From NCBI GenBank assembly GCA_051003795.1, contig JBPCKZ010000152.1, forward strand, positions 7,520 to 71,519: a stretch of 64,000 nt of DNA, given 5' to 3'. Both the position numbers and the translations under genes were made by a program. The notes under the pieces are model-generated. The model was not told the origin of the DNA, did no database searches, and saw nothing but the letters and a program-made list of their open reading frames with translations. The stretch's first letter is position 1, and every line of letters starts with the position of its first letter. This document shows, one piece after another, positions 21,140 through 30,869 of this stretch. Source of the DNA: Bryobacteraceae bacterium (GTDB lineage Bacteria; Acidobacteriota; Terriglobia; Bryobacterales; Bryobacteraceae).

Positions 21140-21916
21140 ATGCGGTTGCGAGGGGCACTGCTCGCGGCAATATTGACTGCGCCGCTGATTCCTCAATCTT
21201 CGGTTACTCCCCTGCAATCGAGCCTACTGCTTTTCAATTCGGGCAAATACGGCGAATGTTACCAGATCGTTTCCTCGTATGTTCTCTCGAATCCGAGTAG
21301 CGGCCCGGCTCGCAAACTGCTCGGCATGGACGAGTTCATGCTCGGCAAACGCCAGGAAGCTCTTCAGGAATTGCAACGCGCGACGGAGCTGATGCCTCGC
21401 GATACCGAAGCGTTTTATTATCTCGGCCGGCTCTACTTCGAGGCGGACAACGCACCCGCCGCGCTGACGGCTTTTCAGAAGGCCGTCGAATTGGACCCAT
21501 CGAACGTTCGCGCCCGGAATAATATGGGCCAGTCGTACGAAGCCATGGGCCGGCTTCTCGATGCCGAGCGCTCTTATCTGAGAGCCATCGAAGTGGAAAA
21601 GGGTCAAGCCAAAAAATCGGGATGGCCTTCTTATAATCTCGGTCTCCTTTACTTCAATAGCGGACGCTCCGATCGGGCGGTCTCGTGTTTTCGCGAGGCA
21701 CTAGCTTCGAATCCCGGGTTTTCCGAAGCCAAGATCAAGTTAGCGGCGCTATTGTCCGACGAAAATGAAGCGCGCGGGTTGCTCGAAGAGGCCGTGCGAA
21801 GCGATCCGCAAAATGCGGAAGCGCACTACCGCCTCGCTCTACTCCTGACGAAATCCGGAATGCGGGATGAGGCTCAACGGCATTTCGCGCTTTTCGAAAA
21901 ATACCGGAAGCTTTGA
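21140..21916 (+). CDS. TPR repeat protein
   Basis: Signal-like N-terminus followed by repeated 34-aa A..Y..LG..Y TPR units (EAFYYLGRLYFEADN, NNMGQSYEAMG, YNLGLLYFNSG, HYRLALLL). Confidence 0.8.
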   Translation: MRLRGALLAAILTAPLIPQSSVTPLQSSLLLFNSGKYGECYQIVSSYVLSNPSSGPARKLLGMDEFMLGKRQEALQELQRATELMPRDTEAFYYLGRLYFEADNAPAALTAFQKAVELDPSNVRARNNMGQSYEAMGRLLDAERSYLRAIEVEKGQAKKSGWPSYNLGLLYFNSGRSDRAVSCFREALASNPGFSEAKIKLAALLSDENEARGLLEEAVRSDPQNAEAHYRLALLLTKSGMRDEAQRHFALFEKYRKL

Positions 21917-23574
21917 CCGTGCGCGCGATCGGAGGCGTCCTCGGTCTTGCGGCGATCGCCGCGGGTCTGCTCGTATCGGGCCTTTCCCCCGCTCCAATCC
22001 AATTCCAGGATGTCGCCGGGCAGAGTGGGATTCGCGCTCAAATGCGCTGTGGAGGCCCGGAGAAAAAGTGGATTCCGGAAGCCAATGGTTCCGGGGCCGC
22101 CTGGCTCGATTACGACCGCGATGGCCGGATGGATCTGCTGATCGTTAATGGCTCCAACATGGACGACCTTCGGCAAATCGTGGCTGGGAAAGTGCCGCCC
22201 GCTCGCCCCGGCAGCTTGTATCTTTACCGCAATCTCGGCGGCGGACATTTCGAAGATGTCACCGCGCGCGCCGGACTCTCGAACCCTTACTGGGGGACTG
22301 GAGCCGCCGTCGCCGATTTCAACAACGACGGGTACCCGGACATTCTGGTCACCAGTATTGGGCTTGACCTTCTCTTTCGTAATAACGGCGATGGGACGTT
22401 CACCGACGTCAGCCGTGCCGCGGGCTTAAGCTCCAAAATTGCCTGGCACACCGGCGCGGCGTTCGGCGACTATGACGCCGACGGCAATCTGGATTTCTAC
22501 GTCGCCGGGTATGTGGATCTCAAGGCGCTGAAGTTGGATGCTCCAGCTCCCGTTTGCCGATACCGTGCGATAGAGGGCTTCTGCGGGCCGCTCGGTTTGA
22601 AAGGAGAGCCCGACATCCTTTATCGCAACAACGGAAATGGAACGTTTACGGACGTAACGGAAAAAGCGGGCGTGAGGGATACGGGGCTGTATCACGGCTT
22701 CGCGGTGCTGTTCGACGATTTCAATCAAGATGGCAAAATCGACATCTTCGTTGCGAACGATTCCGATCCCAATTACCTCTACGTGAATCGGGGCGATGGG
22801 ACGTTCCAAGAGGCCGCGCTCCCAACCGGCGTCGCTTTCAGCGGAGACGGACGAGCCCAGTCGAACATGGGAGTGGCGGCCGGTGATTTCAATAACGATG
22901 GTTTGCTCGACCTGTTGACGACGACCTTCTCCGAAGATTACTTCCCCCTATTTCGACAGTGGTCTCCGGGATTTTTTGAAGATAGTTCGGCGCGCGCCGG
23001 TTTGGGCGCGGCGACTTTGCCCTGGGTGGGATGGGCTTGTGGATTCGCCGATTTCGATAATGACGGGAACAAGGATCTGTGGACGGCGAACGGCCATGTG
23101 TACCCTACGGCCGACATACTCCCGAGCACGAGTTACCTTCAGCCGGTCGCGGTCTTCCGCAACCAGGGCGGGAAGTTTGCGCCTGTTCCGGGTATCGGCG
23201 GGAAAGGATCGTATAGGGGGGGATGCACCGGAGACTTCAATAACGACGGCCGGATCGATTTACTAGTATTGCCGATTGCAGGTTTGCCTTTATTACTCGA
23301 GAATCGCACGGAGTCCCGGTCCCATTGGATCGGGTTCGAACTTCGCGGCCGGGCGATCGGCGCGCGGATCCGAATCGAACACTGCGGTAGCGCTCAGTTC
23401 GACACGCTCCGGAATGGCGGCAGTTATCTTTCGGTGAACGATCCGCGGATTCACTTCGGCCTTGGTTCCTGCGGGAAGGTCGACCGGGTTCGCATTCGAT
23501 GGCCCAACGGCCGTCGGCAGGTGCTCGAAAACCCGCTCACCGACCGCTATTTGACTATCGAAGCGCCCATCTGA
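21913..23574 (+). CDS. CRTAC1-family protein (FG-GAP/VCBS repeats plus ASPIC/UnbV C-terminal domain)
   Basis: Repeated DxDxDG loops (DYDRDGRMDLLIVNG, DFNNDGYPDILV, DYDADGNLDFYV, DFNQDGKIDIFV, DFDNDGNKDLW, DFNNDGRIDLL). C-terminal GARIRIEHCG...SYLSVNDPRIHFGLG...IRWPNG. Its start overlaps the upstream stop. Confidence 0.88.
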   Translation: MTVRAIGGVLGLAAIAAGLLVSGLSPAPIQFQDVAGQSGIRAQMRCGGPEKKWIPEANGSGAAWLDYDRDGRMDLLIVNGSNMDDLRQIVAGKVPPARPGSLYLYRNLGGGHFEDVTARAGLSNPYWGTGAAVADFNNDGYPDILVTSIGLDLLFRNNGDGTFTDVSRAAGLSSKIAWHTGAAFGDYDADGNLDFYVAGYVDLKALKLDAPAPVCRYRAIEGFCGPLGLKGEPDILYRNNGNGTFTDVTEKAGVRDTGLYHGFAVLFDDFNQDGKIDIFVANDSDPNYLYVNRGDGTFQEAALPTGVAFSGDGRAQSNMGVAAGDFNNDGLLDLLTTTFSEDYFPLFRQWSPGFFEDSSARAGLGAATLPWVGWACGFADFDNDGNKDLWTANGHVYPTADILPSTSYLQPVAVFRNQGGKFAPVPGIGGKGSYRGGCTGDFNNDGRIDLLVLPIAGLPLLLENRTESRSHWIGFELRGRAIGARIRIEHCGSAQFDTLRNGGSYLSVNDPRIHFGLGSCGKVDRVRIRWPNGRRQVLENPLTDRYLTIEAPI

Positions 23575-25043
23575 TTGCCCGTCGTTTGGCTTTGCTTGAA
23601 CAGCGCCAGCTCTTTCTCGGCATCTTGCGTTCTTCCGAGTTTGCGATAAACAGCCGACAAGCGGTAATGCGCTTTCGGATCCGAAGAATCCGTGCGCAAG
23701 GCAGCCTTCAGGTGTTCGAGCGATTTTTCGTAGAGACCCTTTTCGGTGTAAATCTTTTCGAGCGCGTAATGCGCTTCCACCATCTTCGGTTCCAGCTTCA
23801 GCGCCGCCAGAAGATACTTTTCCGCTTGCCGCGCATCCTCGCTGGAAGAAGCGATGTCGCCCAATTCATACAGGGCCTCCGGATGGTTCGGGTTGATTCG
23901 CAATTCCTGTTGCAGTTCCGCGCGCGCCAAGTCGAAATGCTGGTCCTTCCAGAACAATGAACCAATGGCGAAGTGTATGTTCTGCAGTTCGGGCTTCCGC
24001 TTCAGCACGCTCCGGTATTCCGCAATCGCGTCCTCGTCTTTGTTGGAGGATTCCAGCATCTGGGCCCGCAGCTGGTGAGCGCGGTATGAGTCCGGATCGG
24101 ATTCGAAGACGGCAAGCGACGCCAAGTACGAAAGCGCGCGGTAGCCTTCGCCGGCAAGATAGACCTGCTTATCGTCGGCGTCATGCCGCGGCAGCGCGTG
24201 CACTCGGGTCCGCCACAGCGCCAACTCCTCCCTCAGTTTCGACCCCGACGGAGCCGCATCGCGGTAAGCCAGGGAGCCATCCATCAGTTCATCTATTCCA
24301 TCCGCCGCCCCTGCCTCGGCCTTCGTACCCGCATCCGCCGCCTTGCTTGCCGCCCATTGAGACTTCTCTCGAAGGCGCGCGCTATCCGGCATCTTCTCGA
24401 GCGCGAGGCGGTACTGTTCACTCGTACCCTTCCAATCCTGCGCGGTTTCAAAGTAATGGGCGCGTGCCAGGTTTGTATAAGGCGAGTTCGGGAATCGGCT
24501 CTGCAACTGGCCGGACAATTCTTTGGCGAGGTTGCCGTACGACTTGCTGAGATGGTAGAGCACGTCGATGTCGGAAGAATCTACTGCCAAGGCCTTTTCC
24601 AATTCATCCGCGGCTTCCTGGAAAACCGACCGGGCGAATTGCGTGTACCCCAAATAACCGTGCACCAGCGAATTCGAAGGCTCGAGTTCTTCGGCGCGGC
24701 GCAGGTAACGGGCGGCGGATAAATAGTCGTGTCCAGTGAAGGCGATCACGCCCAGGAAAAACTGCGGACCGGCTAGGTCGGGCTTTATGCGGGCCGCTTT
24801 CTCATAAGTGGTCTTGGCACGCTCCGTTTGGCCCTGCTCGTAATACAGATTACCCAGATTCGCATACGCCTCGGCCATTTGCGGCCGGAGGCGGACGATT
24901 GCCTCATATTTCCGTCCGGCCGCCGCGAGATCGCCGGCCGCCTGGGACTGCTTTGCTTCCGAATAAAGCTGCGCGAGATCCTCCTGGCACAAGAGGACGG
25001 AAGCCATTGCGAGCAACATAATCGCGAGCTTCAAAACTGCCAT
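23547..25043 (-). CDS. TPR repeat protein (secreted)
   Basis: 498-codon ORF with a signal peptide and TPR units throughout (AEAYANLGNLYYEQG, FFLGVIAFTG, HYALEKIYTEKG, HYRLSAVYRKLG). Confidence 0.8.
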   Translation of the reverse strand: MAVLKLAIMLLAMASVLLCQEDLAQLYSEAKQSQAAGDLAAAGRKYEAIVRLRPQMAEAYANLGNLYYEQGQTERAKTTYEKAARIKPDLAGPQFFLGVIAFTGHDYLSAARYLRRAEELEPSNSLVHGYLGYTQFARSVFQEAADELEKALAVDSSDIDVLYHLSKSYGNLAKELSGQLQSRFPNSPYTNLARAHYFETAQDWKGTSEQYRLALEKMPDSARLREKSQWAASKAADAGTKAEAGAADGIDELMDGSLAYRDAAPSGSKLREELALWRTRVHALPRHDADDKQVYLAGEGYRALSYLASLAVFESDPDSYRAHQLRAQMLESSNKDEDAIAEYRSVLKRKPELQNIHFAIGSLFWKDQHFDLARAELQQELRINPNHPEALYELGDIASSSEDARQAEKYLLAALKLEPKMVEAHYALEKIYTEKGLYEKSLEHLKAALRTDSSDPKAHYRLSAVYRKLGRTQDAEKELALFKQSQTTGNQMGASIVK

Positions 25044-25090
25044 ACGGACGATGATACCCCGGACGTTACACTGCGATAAAGTTAGATCCC

Positions 25091-26614
25091 ATGAGAATCG
25101 TTAAGGGTTCCGCTCTCTTTTTCGCCGCGCTGCTCAGCGTCTTGGCTCAACCGGGCAAGCCGGTAAGCGTGCATCCCGAGAATCCGAAATACTTTCTATT
25201 TCGCCGGAAACCGCTGGTGCTGATCACCGCCACCGAACACTACGGATCCGTGATCAACCGGCCATTCGACTTCGAAAAGTATCTCGACGATGCCGTCGAA
25301 CACAAGATGACTCTGACGAGGACCTTTCTTCTGTTCCGGGAACTCCAGAGCGCGCGGAACCCGTCGTCGCCTTGCAAGCCGGAGTCTCCGGATTACATCG
25401 CTCCATTTCCGCGCACGGGACCGGGCAAAGCAATGGACGGAGAGCCCGCCTATGATCTCGACCAGTGGAACCCGGGATATTTCGAGCGATTGCATCGCTT
25501 TTTGGATGCCGCCTCGAAGAGAGGTATCGTCGTGGAGCTTACGCTCTTCAGCAATTCCTACGCGGATAATATTTGGGCGTTGAACCCGTTTCGCGCGCGG
25601 AACAATAAGCAGGGCGTCGGGAAAATGGAGTGGCCGGAGTATCTGTCTCTTCAGGATAAGGAGTTAGTTCGGCGGCAGAGCGAGTACGCGAGAAAAATCA
25701 TCCGGGAGACCGCCGCTTACGACAACGTATATTACGAAATCTGCAATGAACCCGGCGGGGGCGTTGCGGGCCACATCTCGCCCGCGGAGGTGGATGCCTG
25801 GCAGGAAGAGATGGGCGCCGTCATGCGCGACGAGATGCGCAAATTGAATCAGCCTCACCTGATCGCCGGGCAGGAGGCCTTTTCTTACACTCCGCAGTTC
25901 CGGTTCCCGCTCGATAAAACGTTCTCGAGTCCGTTGTTTCAAATAGTCAACGTGCATCCGCTGCCAAACACCGTCCTGGAAGGACACTCCTACCAGCTTG
26001 GCAACTTCATGTCGAAAGAACTCATGCTGCCGGAACTTGCGGAGTTCTGCCGCGCGGCCTACAGCCTGCCGAAGCCGGCGGTGCTCGACGAAGACAACAC
26101 CGCGAGCATGTATCGCGATGCCACCGGTTGGACGATTCACCGGAAGCGGGCATGGACGGCGTTATTATCCGGCGCGCACTACGACTACATCGATTTTTCC
26201 ATTACGGTGGGTAGCGAAGCGGGCACTCCGGAATCGCGGCGTCGCATTCGTGGCTGGATGCAACATCTCTCGGAGTTCATGAGCGGCTTCGACTACGTGC
26301 ATTCTAAACCCGCATCCGGCTGGATTACGGCGAAGCCGGACCACTTGGTGGTTTCGGCGCTATCCGCGGGCGGCGGCGATTTCGCGGCCTATCTCGCCGA
26401 CTCGCGCGAGGTCGCCGATGCCACGGCGGGACAAAGCATCCGCGGACCCGTCGCGTTCACTTTGCCTGCCGGTCAATTCGAGGTCCGGTTATACTCGCCT
26501 ACCTCCGGCCGGTACTCCCCGGGAATCACAGTCGACGGAGGTAAATCCGCTTCGCTCGAAATCGGACCTTTCCAAGAAGACGTCGTAATTCGCGCCACGC
26601 GCGCGCGGCGCTAG
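25091..26614 (+). CDS. secreted glycoside-hydrolase-like TIM-barrel protein (GH5/cellulase-superfamily-like)
   Basis: Signal peptide. YYEICNEPGG resembles the NEP acid/base motif of clan GH-A enzymes. Family assignment is tentative. Confidence 0.55.
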   Translation: MRIVKGSALFFAALLSVLAQPGKPVSVHPENPKYFLFRRKPLVLITATEHYGSVINRPFDFEKYLDDAVEHKMTLTRTFLLFRELQSARNPSSPCKPESPDYIAPFPRTGPGKAMDGEPAYDLDQWNPGYFERLHRFLDAASKRGIVVELTLFSNSYADNIWALNPFRARNNKQGVGKMEWPEYLSLQDKELVRRQSEYARKIIRETAAYDNVYYEICNEPGGGVAGHISPAEVDAWQEEMGAVMRDEMRKLNQPHLIAGQEAFSYTPQFRFPLDKTFSSPLFQIVNVHPLPNTVLEGHSYQLGNFMSKELMLPELAEFCRAAYSLPKPAVLDEDNTASMYRDATGWTIHRKRAWTALLSGAHYDYIDFSITVGSEAGTPESRRRIRGWMQHLSEFMSGFDYVHSKPASGWITAKPDHLVVSALSAGGGDFAAYLADSREVADATAGQSIRGPVAFTLPAGQFEVRLYSPTSGRYSPGITVDGGKSASLEIGPFQEDVVIRATRARR

Positions 26615-28296
26615 ACCGGAGATCGTTTCGGCTCCCGCACCGTCAGCACCTGGTCCGCGGTAATTCGCTCCATCCGCTGTACCGTCCCGCTCGGCCATGT
26701 GATTTCCAATAATCGAATCAGGCGATCGGTTCCGAGCCCGAAGTGAACGCGTTTATCGCTTGCCGAAAGGTAGCTCCCGGCGGTGGTGACATAGCCGTGC
26801 TGTTCGCCTCCGGTTTCCGGAACCAGACGAATGTGAGCGCCGATGCCATCCCGGTTGCTCGCGGTTCCGACGGTGTTCACCAGCAGCCAGTGGTTCCCGT
26901 TGCCGCCGTTGTTCAGTAGCACGACCGCCGGCCCGTCGTTGCAATTAATCGCGACATCGAGGAACCCGTCGTTGTTCAGATCCCCGAACGCCGCGCCCCG
27001 AGCCGCAAATCGTTTCTGAAAAGACGCGCCGCTCGATTCCGACACATTGTCGAAACGGCCGTCCCGGTTGCGCAGCAGCAGCAGCGGCTCAAGATACCGG
27101 ACCTGAGGTTGCGTGAATTCGATGTTATCCATCACATGGCCTTGGGCGACGAACAAGTCCTTTGAGCCATCGTTGTCGTAATCGATGAACCGCGCCCCCC
27201 AGCCGGAATGAAGCTGCGTGGCCGCGCCGAGGCCGCTCTTCTGGGAAATGTAGTTAAAGGAACGTCCTTTTTCATTGTGAAAGAGCGCGTAGCGCTGATT
27301 CGCGAGAGCGTTGATGAAGATGTCGGGCCAGCCGTCGTTATCGTAATCGGCGAAATCGATTCCCATGCCGGCGAAGGTTTCCCCGTCGTCGTTGTAAGCC
27401 AGACCCAGCGAGAGCGCCGACTCAGTGAACGTTCCATCGCGGTTATTGCGAAACAACTGCTGGGGAAAGGAGTCGTTGGCGATCGCGATATCCGGCCAGC
27501 CATCCCGGTCGAAGTCGTTCACGGCGATTCCGAGACCCTTGCCCGGATACTTCCCGATGCCGCATCGCTCCGAAACATCGGTAAACGTTCCGTCGCCGTT
27601 GTTGTGATAGACCAAATGCGTGATGGGCTTGAAATGATTCGGGTGGCAATAAGATCGAAATCCAGGCCGGTGTTCCCCGCACCAAATATTTTGCGTAAAA
27701 TCCCAATCGAGGTAGCGGGCTACCACCAGATCGAGCCGCCCGTCCCGGTCGTAATCGACGAACGCCGCGCCGGTGCTCCAGCCTCCTCCGGCCACGCCGG
27801 ACGTATCCGTTACATCGGTAAACGTACCGTTCCCATTATTGCGATAAAGGATGTTCTTCCCGACATTCGTAATATAGAGATCGGGAAATCCGTCATTGTC
27901 GAAATCGCCAACTGCAACGCCCATTCCGAACGAGTGGCCCGCCAGGCCGGCTTCCCTGGTCGCATCCGTGAAAGTCCCGTCGCCGTTGTTGCGGTAGAGG
28001 CGGTTCCAGAAGAGTGGGTCGGATTTATCGGGCGCCCGGCCGGAGCTCATGGGATCGGTCAGCTTGGCGCCATTTACAAAAAACAAGTCCAGCAGTCCAT
28101 CGTTGTTGTAATCGAACATAGCCACGCCGCCGACCATTGACTCGGGAAGATATTTTTGGGCGGTACGGCTGGATTGCGTGCGGAAGCCAACCCCAGCCGT
28201 CGCCGCGACGTCCGTAAACGTGGGGAGCTTGCGCGTCTCCCGGGCGAAGAGGCTTCCGCCCGCCAAGGCGGATAGGAAGAACGACCTGCGGTTCAA
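26611..28296 (-). CDS. CRTAC1-family protein (FG-GAP/VCBS repeats plus ASPIC/UnbV domain)
   Basis: Same repeat signature as 21913-23574 (DYNNDGLLDLFFVNG, DFDNDGFPDLYITN, DYDRDGRLDLVV, DFDRDGWPDIAIAN, DYDNDGWPDIF, DYDNDGSKDLFV, DLNNDGFLDVAI). Also GAHIRL...SYLSASDKRVHFGLG...ITWPSG. Confidence 0.88.
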   Translation of the reverse strand: MNRRSFFLSALAGGSLFARETRKLPTFTDVAATAGVGFRTQSSRTAQKYLPESMVGGVAMFDYNNDGLLDLFFVNGAKLTDPMSSGRAPDKSDPLFWNRLYRNNGDGTFTDATREAGLAGHSFGMGVAVGDFDNDGFPDLYITNVGKNILYRNNGNGTFTDVTDTSGVAGGGWSTGAAFVDYDRDGRLDLVVARYLDWDFTQNIWCGEHRPGFRSYCHPNHFKPITHLVYHNNGDGTFTDVSERCGIGKYPGKGLGIAVNDFDRDGWPDIAIANDSFPQQLFRNNRDGTFTESALSLGLAYNDDGETFAGMGIDFADYDNDGWPDIFINALANQRYALFHNEKGRSFNYISQKSGLGAATQLHSGWGARFIDYDNDGSKDLFVAQGHVMDNIEFTQPQVRYLEPLLLLRNRDGRFDNVSESSGASFQKRFAARGAAFGDLNNDGFLDVAINCNDGPAVVLLNNGGNGNHWLLVNTVGTASNRDGIGAHIRLVPETGGEQHGYVTTAGSYLSASDKRVHFGLGTDRLIRLLEITWPSGTVQRMERITADQVLTVREPKRSPV

Positions 28297-28387
28297 TCGG
28301 TTTTCACCACGTTAAATCCGGTCCGATGTAATCTTATCCAAATCGGGATTCTGGAATATCCAATGTCGATCCCATTTCCGAGCACCC

Positions 28388-29233
28388 TTACGGTTCGCGG
28401 GCGGCGCGAAAGCCAATCATGCGGTGCGATTGAACCGAAGGCCACGCGGCCGATCGCGCGTAGGTCCGCAGATCGAACGCATCTTCGAAAAACGTGCCGC
28501 CCCGCAGCACCCGATACGCCCCGTTCTCCGGCCCTTGCGGATTCTTGCGCGGCGAGAACTGGTAATAATTGCGGCTGTACCAATCCTGGCACCACTCCAT
28601 CACGTTGCCTGCCATGTCGAACGCGCCGTAGGGCGACGCGTTGTCATGCGTTTGCATGCCGCCACGCTCGCTGCCATCATAGAATCCGACCGGCTTTGCC
28701 GTCGCGAAATCGCTCCCGATCGCGTAATTGGCGTACGAGCGATCGATCTCATTGCCCCACGGATAGCGCCGCTGGTCCGTGCCGCGCGCGGCCTTTTCCC
28801 ATTCGGCTTCGGTGGGAAGTCGGTATTTCTTCCCGGTCTTCGCGCCGGCCCAGTTGCAGTAGGCCGTCGCGGAATCCCAATTCACGCCGAGCACCGGATA
28901 ATTTTCATTGCCCGCGATTGCCCCGCCGTGGTTCTTGGCATCGGTCCAATACGGAACCTGATCTTTCGGAACAACCCGCTGGCCGGGCCAGAATTTGGGA
29001 TCTTCGTAACCCGGATCGTCGCGAAATTTCTTCCACTCGCCATTGGTCGTTTCATATTTGGCGATGTAGAACGCGTCGAGTTCGACTGCATGGACCGGCC
29101 GCTCGCGCGATTCCCCATCGCCGAAGTTGTCGCCCATCTTGAACAGGCCGGACGGGACGTAGACGAAATCGCCGTGCCCGTCGTTCACGACCGGAGCGGC
29201 CGATGCCGCCAAAAGAAGCAGCGCGAAGATCAC
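28388..29233 (-). CDS. formylglycine-generating-enzyme (SUMF1/FGE) family protein
   Basis: YRLPTEAEWEKAARG, NVMEWCQDWY and YRVLRGGTFF blocks. Start placed at GTG 29233 (signal VIFALLLLAASAAP), which overlaps the upstream stop as GTGA. The ORF extends to 29293. Confidence 0.85.
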   Translation of the reverse strand: MIFALLLLAASAAPVVNDGHGDFVYVPSGLFKMGDNFGDGESRERPVHAVELDAFYIAKYETTNGEWKKFRDDPGYEDPKFWPGQRVVPKDQVPYWTDAKNHGGAIAGNENYPVLGVNWDSATAYCNWAGAKTGKKYRLPTEAEWEKAARGTDQRRYPWGNEIDRSYANYAIGSDFATAKPVGFYDGSERGGMQTHDNASPYGAFDMAGNVMEWCQDWYSRNYYQFSPRKNPQGPENGAYRVLRGGTFFEDAFDLRTYARSAAWPSVQSHRMIGFRAAREP

Positions 29234-30048
29234 TCCCGGCCGCCCGGAATAAAACCGTCCTGTTGAAGAAAATGCTGAAGGCGCGGCATCCAATCCGAGA
29301 AATTTCCGCTCGCGTATCCGCTGCCAAACCCGTGGCGGCCCTTTTGATAAATGTGAATCTCGGCGACGGCCCCGGCCTTTGTCAGATCCATGAACAGTCG
29401 CGCGGACCCGAGCGCGGCTCCTTTATCCGCCGCGGCGGCGAGCAGAAACACCGGCGGAAAATCTTTCAGCGATTCTCTCTCCGTCGCGCGGCCCGGGCCG
29501 TACACCAGCCCCAGGTAGTCCGGCCGCGAACTCATGCGCTCGATCGGATCCGCCGAATGCGGATCGCCGGGGCCCGACGCCGCCGCGACCGAGCGTCCTA
29601 AATTAGACCCCGCCGAAAATCCGATGAAGCCGACCCGATTCAGGTCGAGCTTAAACTCGTCGGCCCGCGAGCGGATCAGTTGGATCGCCCGCTTCCCATC
29701 GAGAACCCGCGCGCTTTCGCCATAGCGGGGCGACAGGCGGTAAGTCAGGACGAAAGCCGCCACTCCCCAATCGTTGTAGCGCTCCGCGATATCGATTCCC
29801 TCGCCGCCATACATCAGCATGATGTTGGAACCGCCGGGAGCGACGATTACGGAACCGCCGTTGCCCGTGCCCGCCGGTGGCAGAAAAACGGTAACGAACG
29901 GCTTGTCCAGTGGACCGTCGCCCTTCGCCAGCGGAACTTTGCCTTCGCCCCATAACGGGATGTTGTAATTGACGTCGAGTTTCCCGCTCCCTGAAGTTGC
30001 CCCATGCAGAGTGCAGCACAGAGTACAGCCAAACAGAACCGTTGTCAT
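29230..30048 (-). CDS. alpha/beta-hydrolase esterase (secreted)
   Basis: GFIGFSAGSNL nucleophile elbow (GxSxG). Late HGFG block. Start at ATG 30048 (MTTVLFGCTL... signal). The 195-codon upstream extension of the ORF overlaps hyi and is R/G-rich junk. Confidence 0.75.
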   Translation of the reverse strand: MTTVLFGCTLCCTLHGATSGSGKLDVNYNIPLWGEGKVPLAKGDGPLDKPFVTVFLPPAGTGNGGSVIVAPGGSNIMLMYGGEGIDIAERYNDWGVAAFVLTYRLSPRYGESARVLDGKRAIQLIRSRADEFKLDLNRVGFIGFSAGSNLGRSVAAASGPGDPHSADPIERMSSRPDYLGLVYGPGRATERESLKDFPPVFLLAAAADKGAALGSARLFMDLTKAGAVAEIHIYQKGRHGFGSGYASGNFSDWMPRLQHFLQQDGFIPGGRE

Positions 30049-30059
30049 CCATTTCGAAG

Positions 30060-30857
30060 TCACGTCGCCATTCCTCGGCCGATGCCGTAGGGCGCCAGCC
30101 ATCCCAACCCGTCCGCCGTCTTCCCCGCCGGACGATATTCGCAGCCAATCCAACCCGTATACCCCAATTCGTCCAGCAAGCTGAAAATGTAATCGTAATT
30201 CACTTCGCCCCGATCCGGTTCGTGCCGCTCCGGAACGCCCGCGATTTGGATATGCCCGCAATCCGGCAAATACCTTCGCAACTTGATCGCGAGATCGCCT
30301 TCCATGATCTGCATGTGATAACAATCCATTTGCATTTTGACGTTGGGCGCGGCGACGGCCTCGCAAATGGCATGGGCCTCCGCCTGAGTGCTGTGGAAAT
30401 AGCCCGGAACGTCGCGCGTATTGAGCGGTTCGAGCAGGAGAGTTACGCCGTGCCGCCCCGCCTTGTTCGCGGCATAACGAAGATTTTGGATCAGCGTCGA
30501 AGCGTACGCATCGCGCGCCGCTCCCGCTGGAACGATCCCGGCCATGCAGTGCAAACGCCGCGTTCCGAGCGCATCTGCATACCGGAGCGCCGTCTCCAGG
30601 CTCTCGCGGAACTCCGTCTCGCGACCGGGAATGCAAGCCATGCCGCGATCCCCCGCCGCAAGATCGCCCGGAGGCAAATTGAACAGCACATTTTCAAGCC
30701 CCGCTCCGCGCAAACGCTCCGCGATCGCCGATGGCTCGAATTCGTACGGGAACAGAAATTCAACCGCTCGAAACCCCGCTTCCGCCGCGGCCGCGAACCT
30801 TTCGAGAAACGGCGCCTCGGTGAACATCATGGATAGATTCGCGGCGAAACGTGGCAC
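30060..30857 (-). CDS. hyi: hydroxypyruvate isomerase-family protein (xylose-isomerase-like TIM barrel)
   Basis: MPRFAANLSMMFTEAPFLERFAAAAEAGFRAVEFLFPYE is a typical Hyi N-terminus, and the 265-aa length fits. Confidence 0.82.
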   Translation of the reverse strand: MPRFAANLSMMFTEAPFLERFAAAAEAGFRAVEFLFPYEFEPSAIAERLRGAGLENVLFNLPPGDLAAGDRGMACIPGRETEFRESLETALRYADALGTRRLHCMAGIVPAGAARDAYASTLIQNLRYAANKAGRHGVTLLLEPLNTRDVPGYFHSTQAEAHAICEAVAAPNVKMQMDCYHMQIMEGDLAIKLRRYLPDCGHIQIAGVPERHEPDRGEVNYDYIFSLLDELGYTGWIGCEYRPAGKTADGLGWLAPYGIGRGMAT

Positions 30858-30869
30858 GCTTATCCTGCG

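Noticed and set aside
27208-28140. Long antisense or alternative-frame ORFs inside large genes, for example 294-845, 1155-1592, 20414-21217, 27208-28140, 28363-29266, 31110-31838, 43683-44810, 52962-53951 and 61828-62838.
   Set aside because: These are typical high-GC shadow ORFs. They are Arg/Gly/Pro/His-rich, have no motifs, and each is fully contained in a gene with strong family signatures on the other strand or frame.
29230-30636. 468-codon ORF suggesting a much longer esterase.
   Set aside because: The first ~195 codons overlap the Hyi-like gene in another frame and are R/G/S-rich, low-complexity sequence. A signal peptide begins at ATG 30048.
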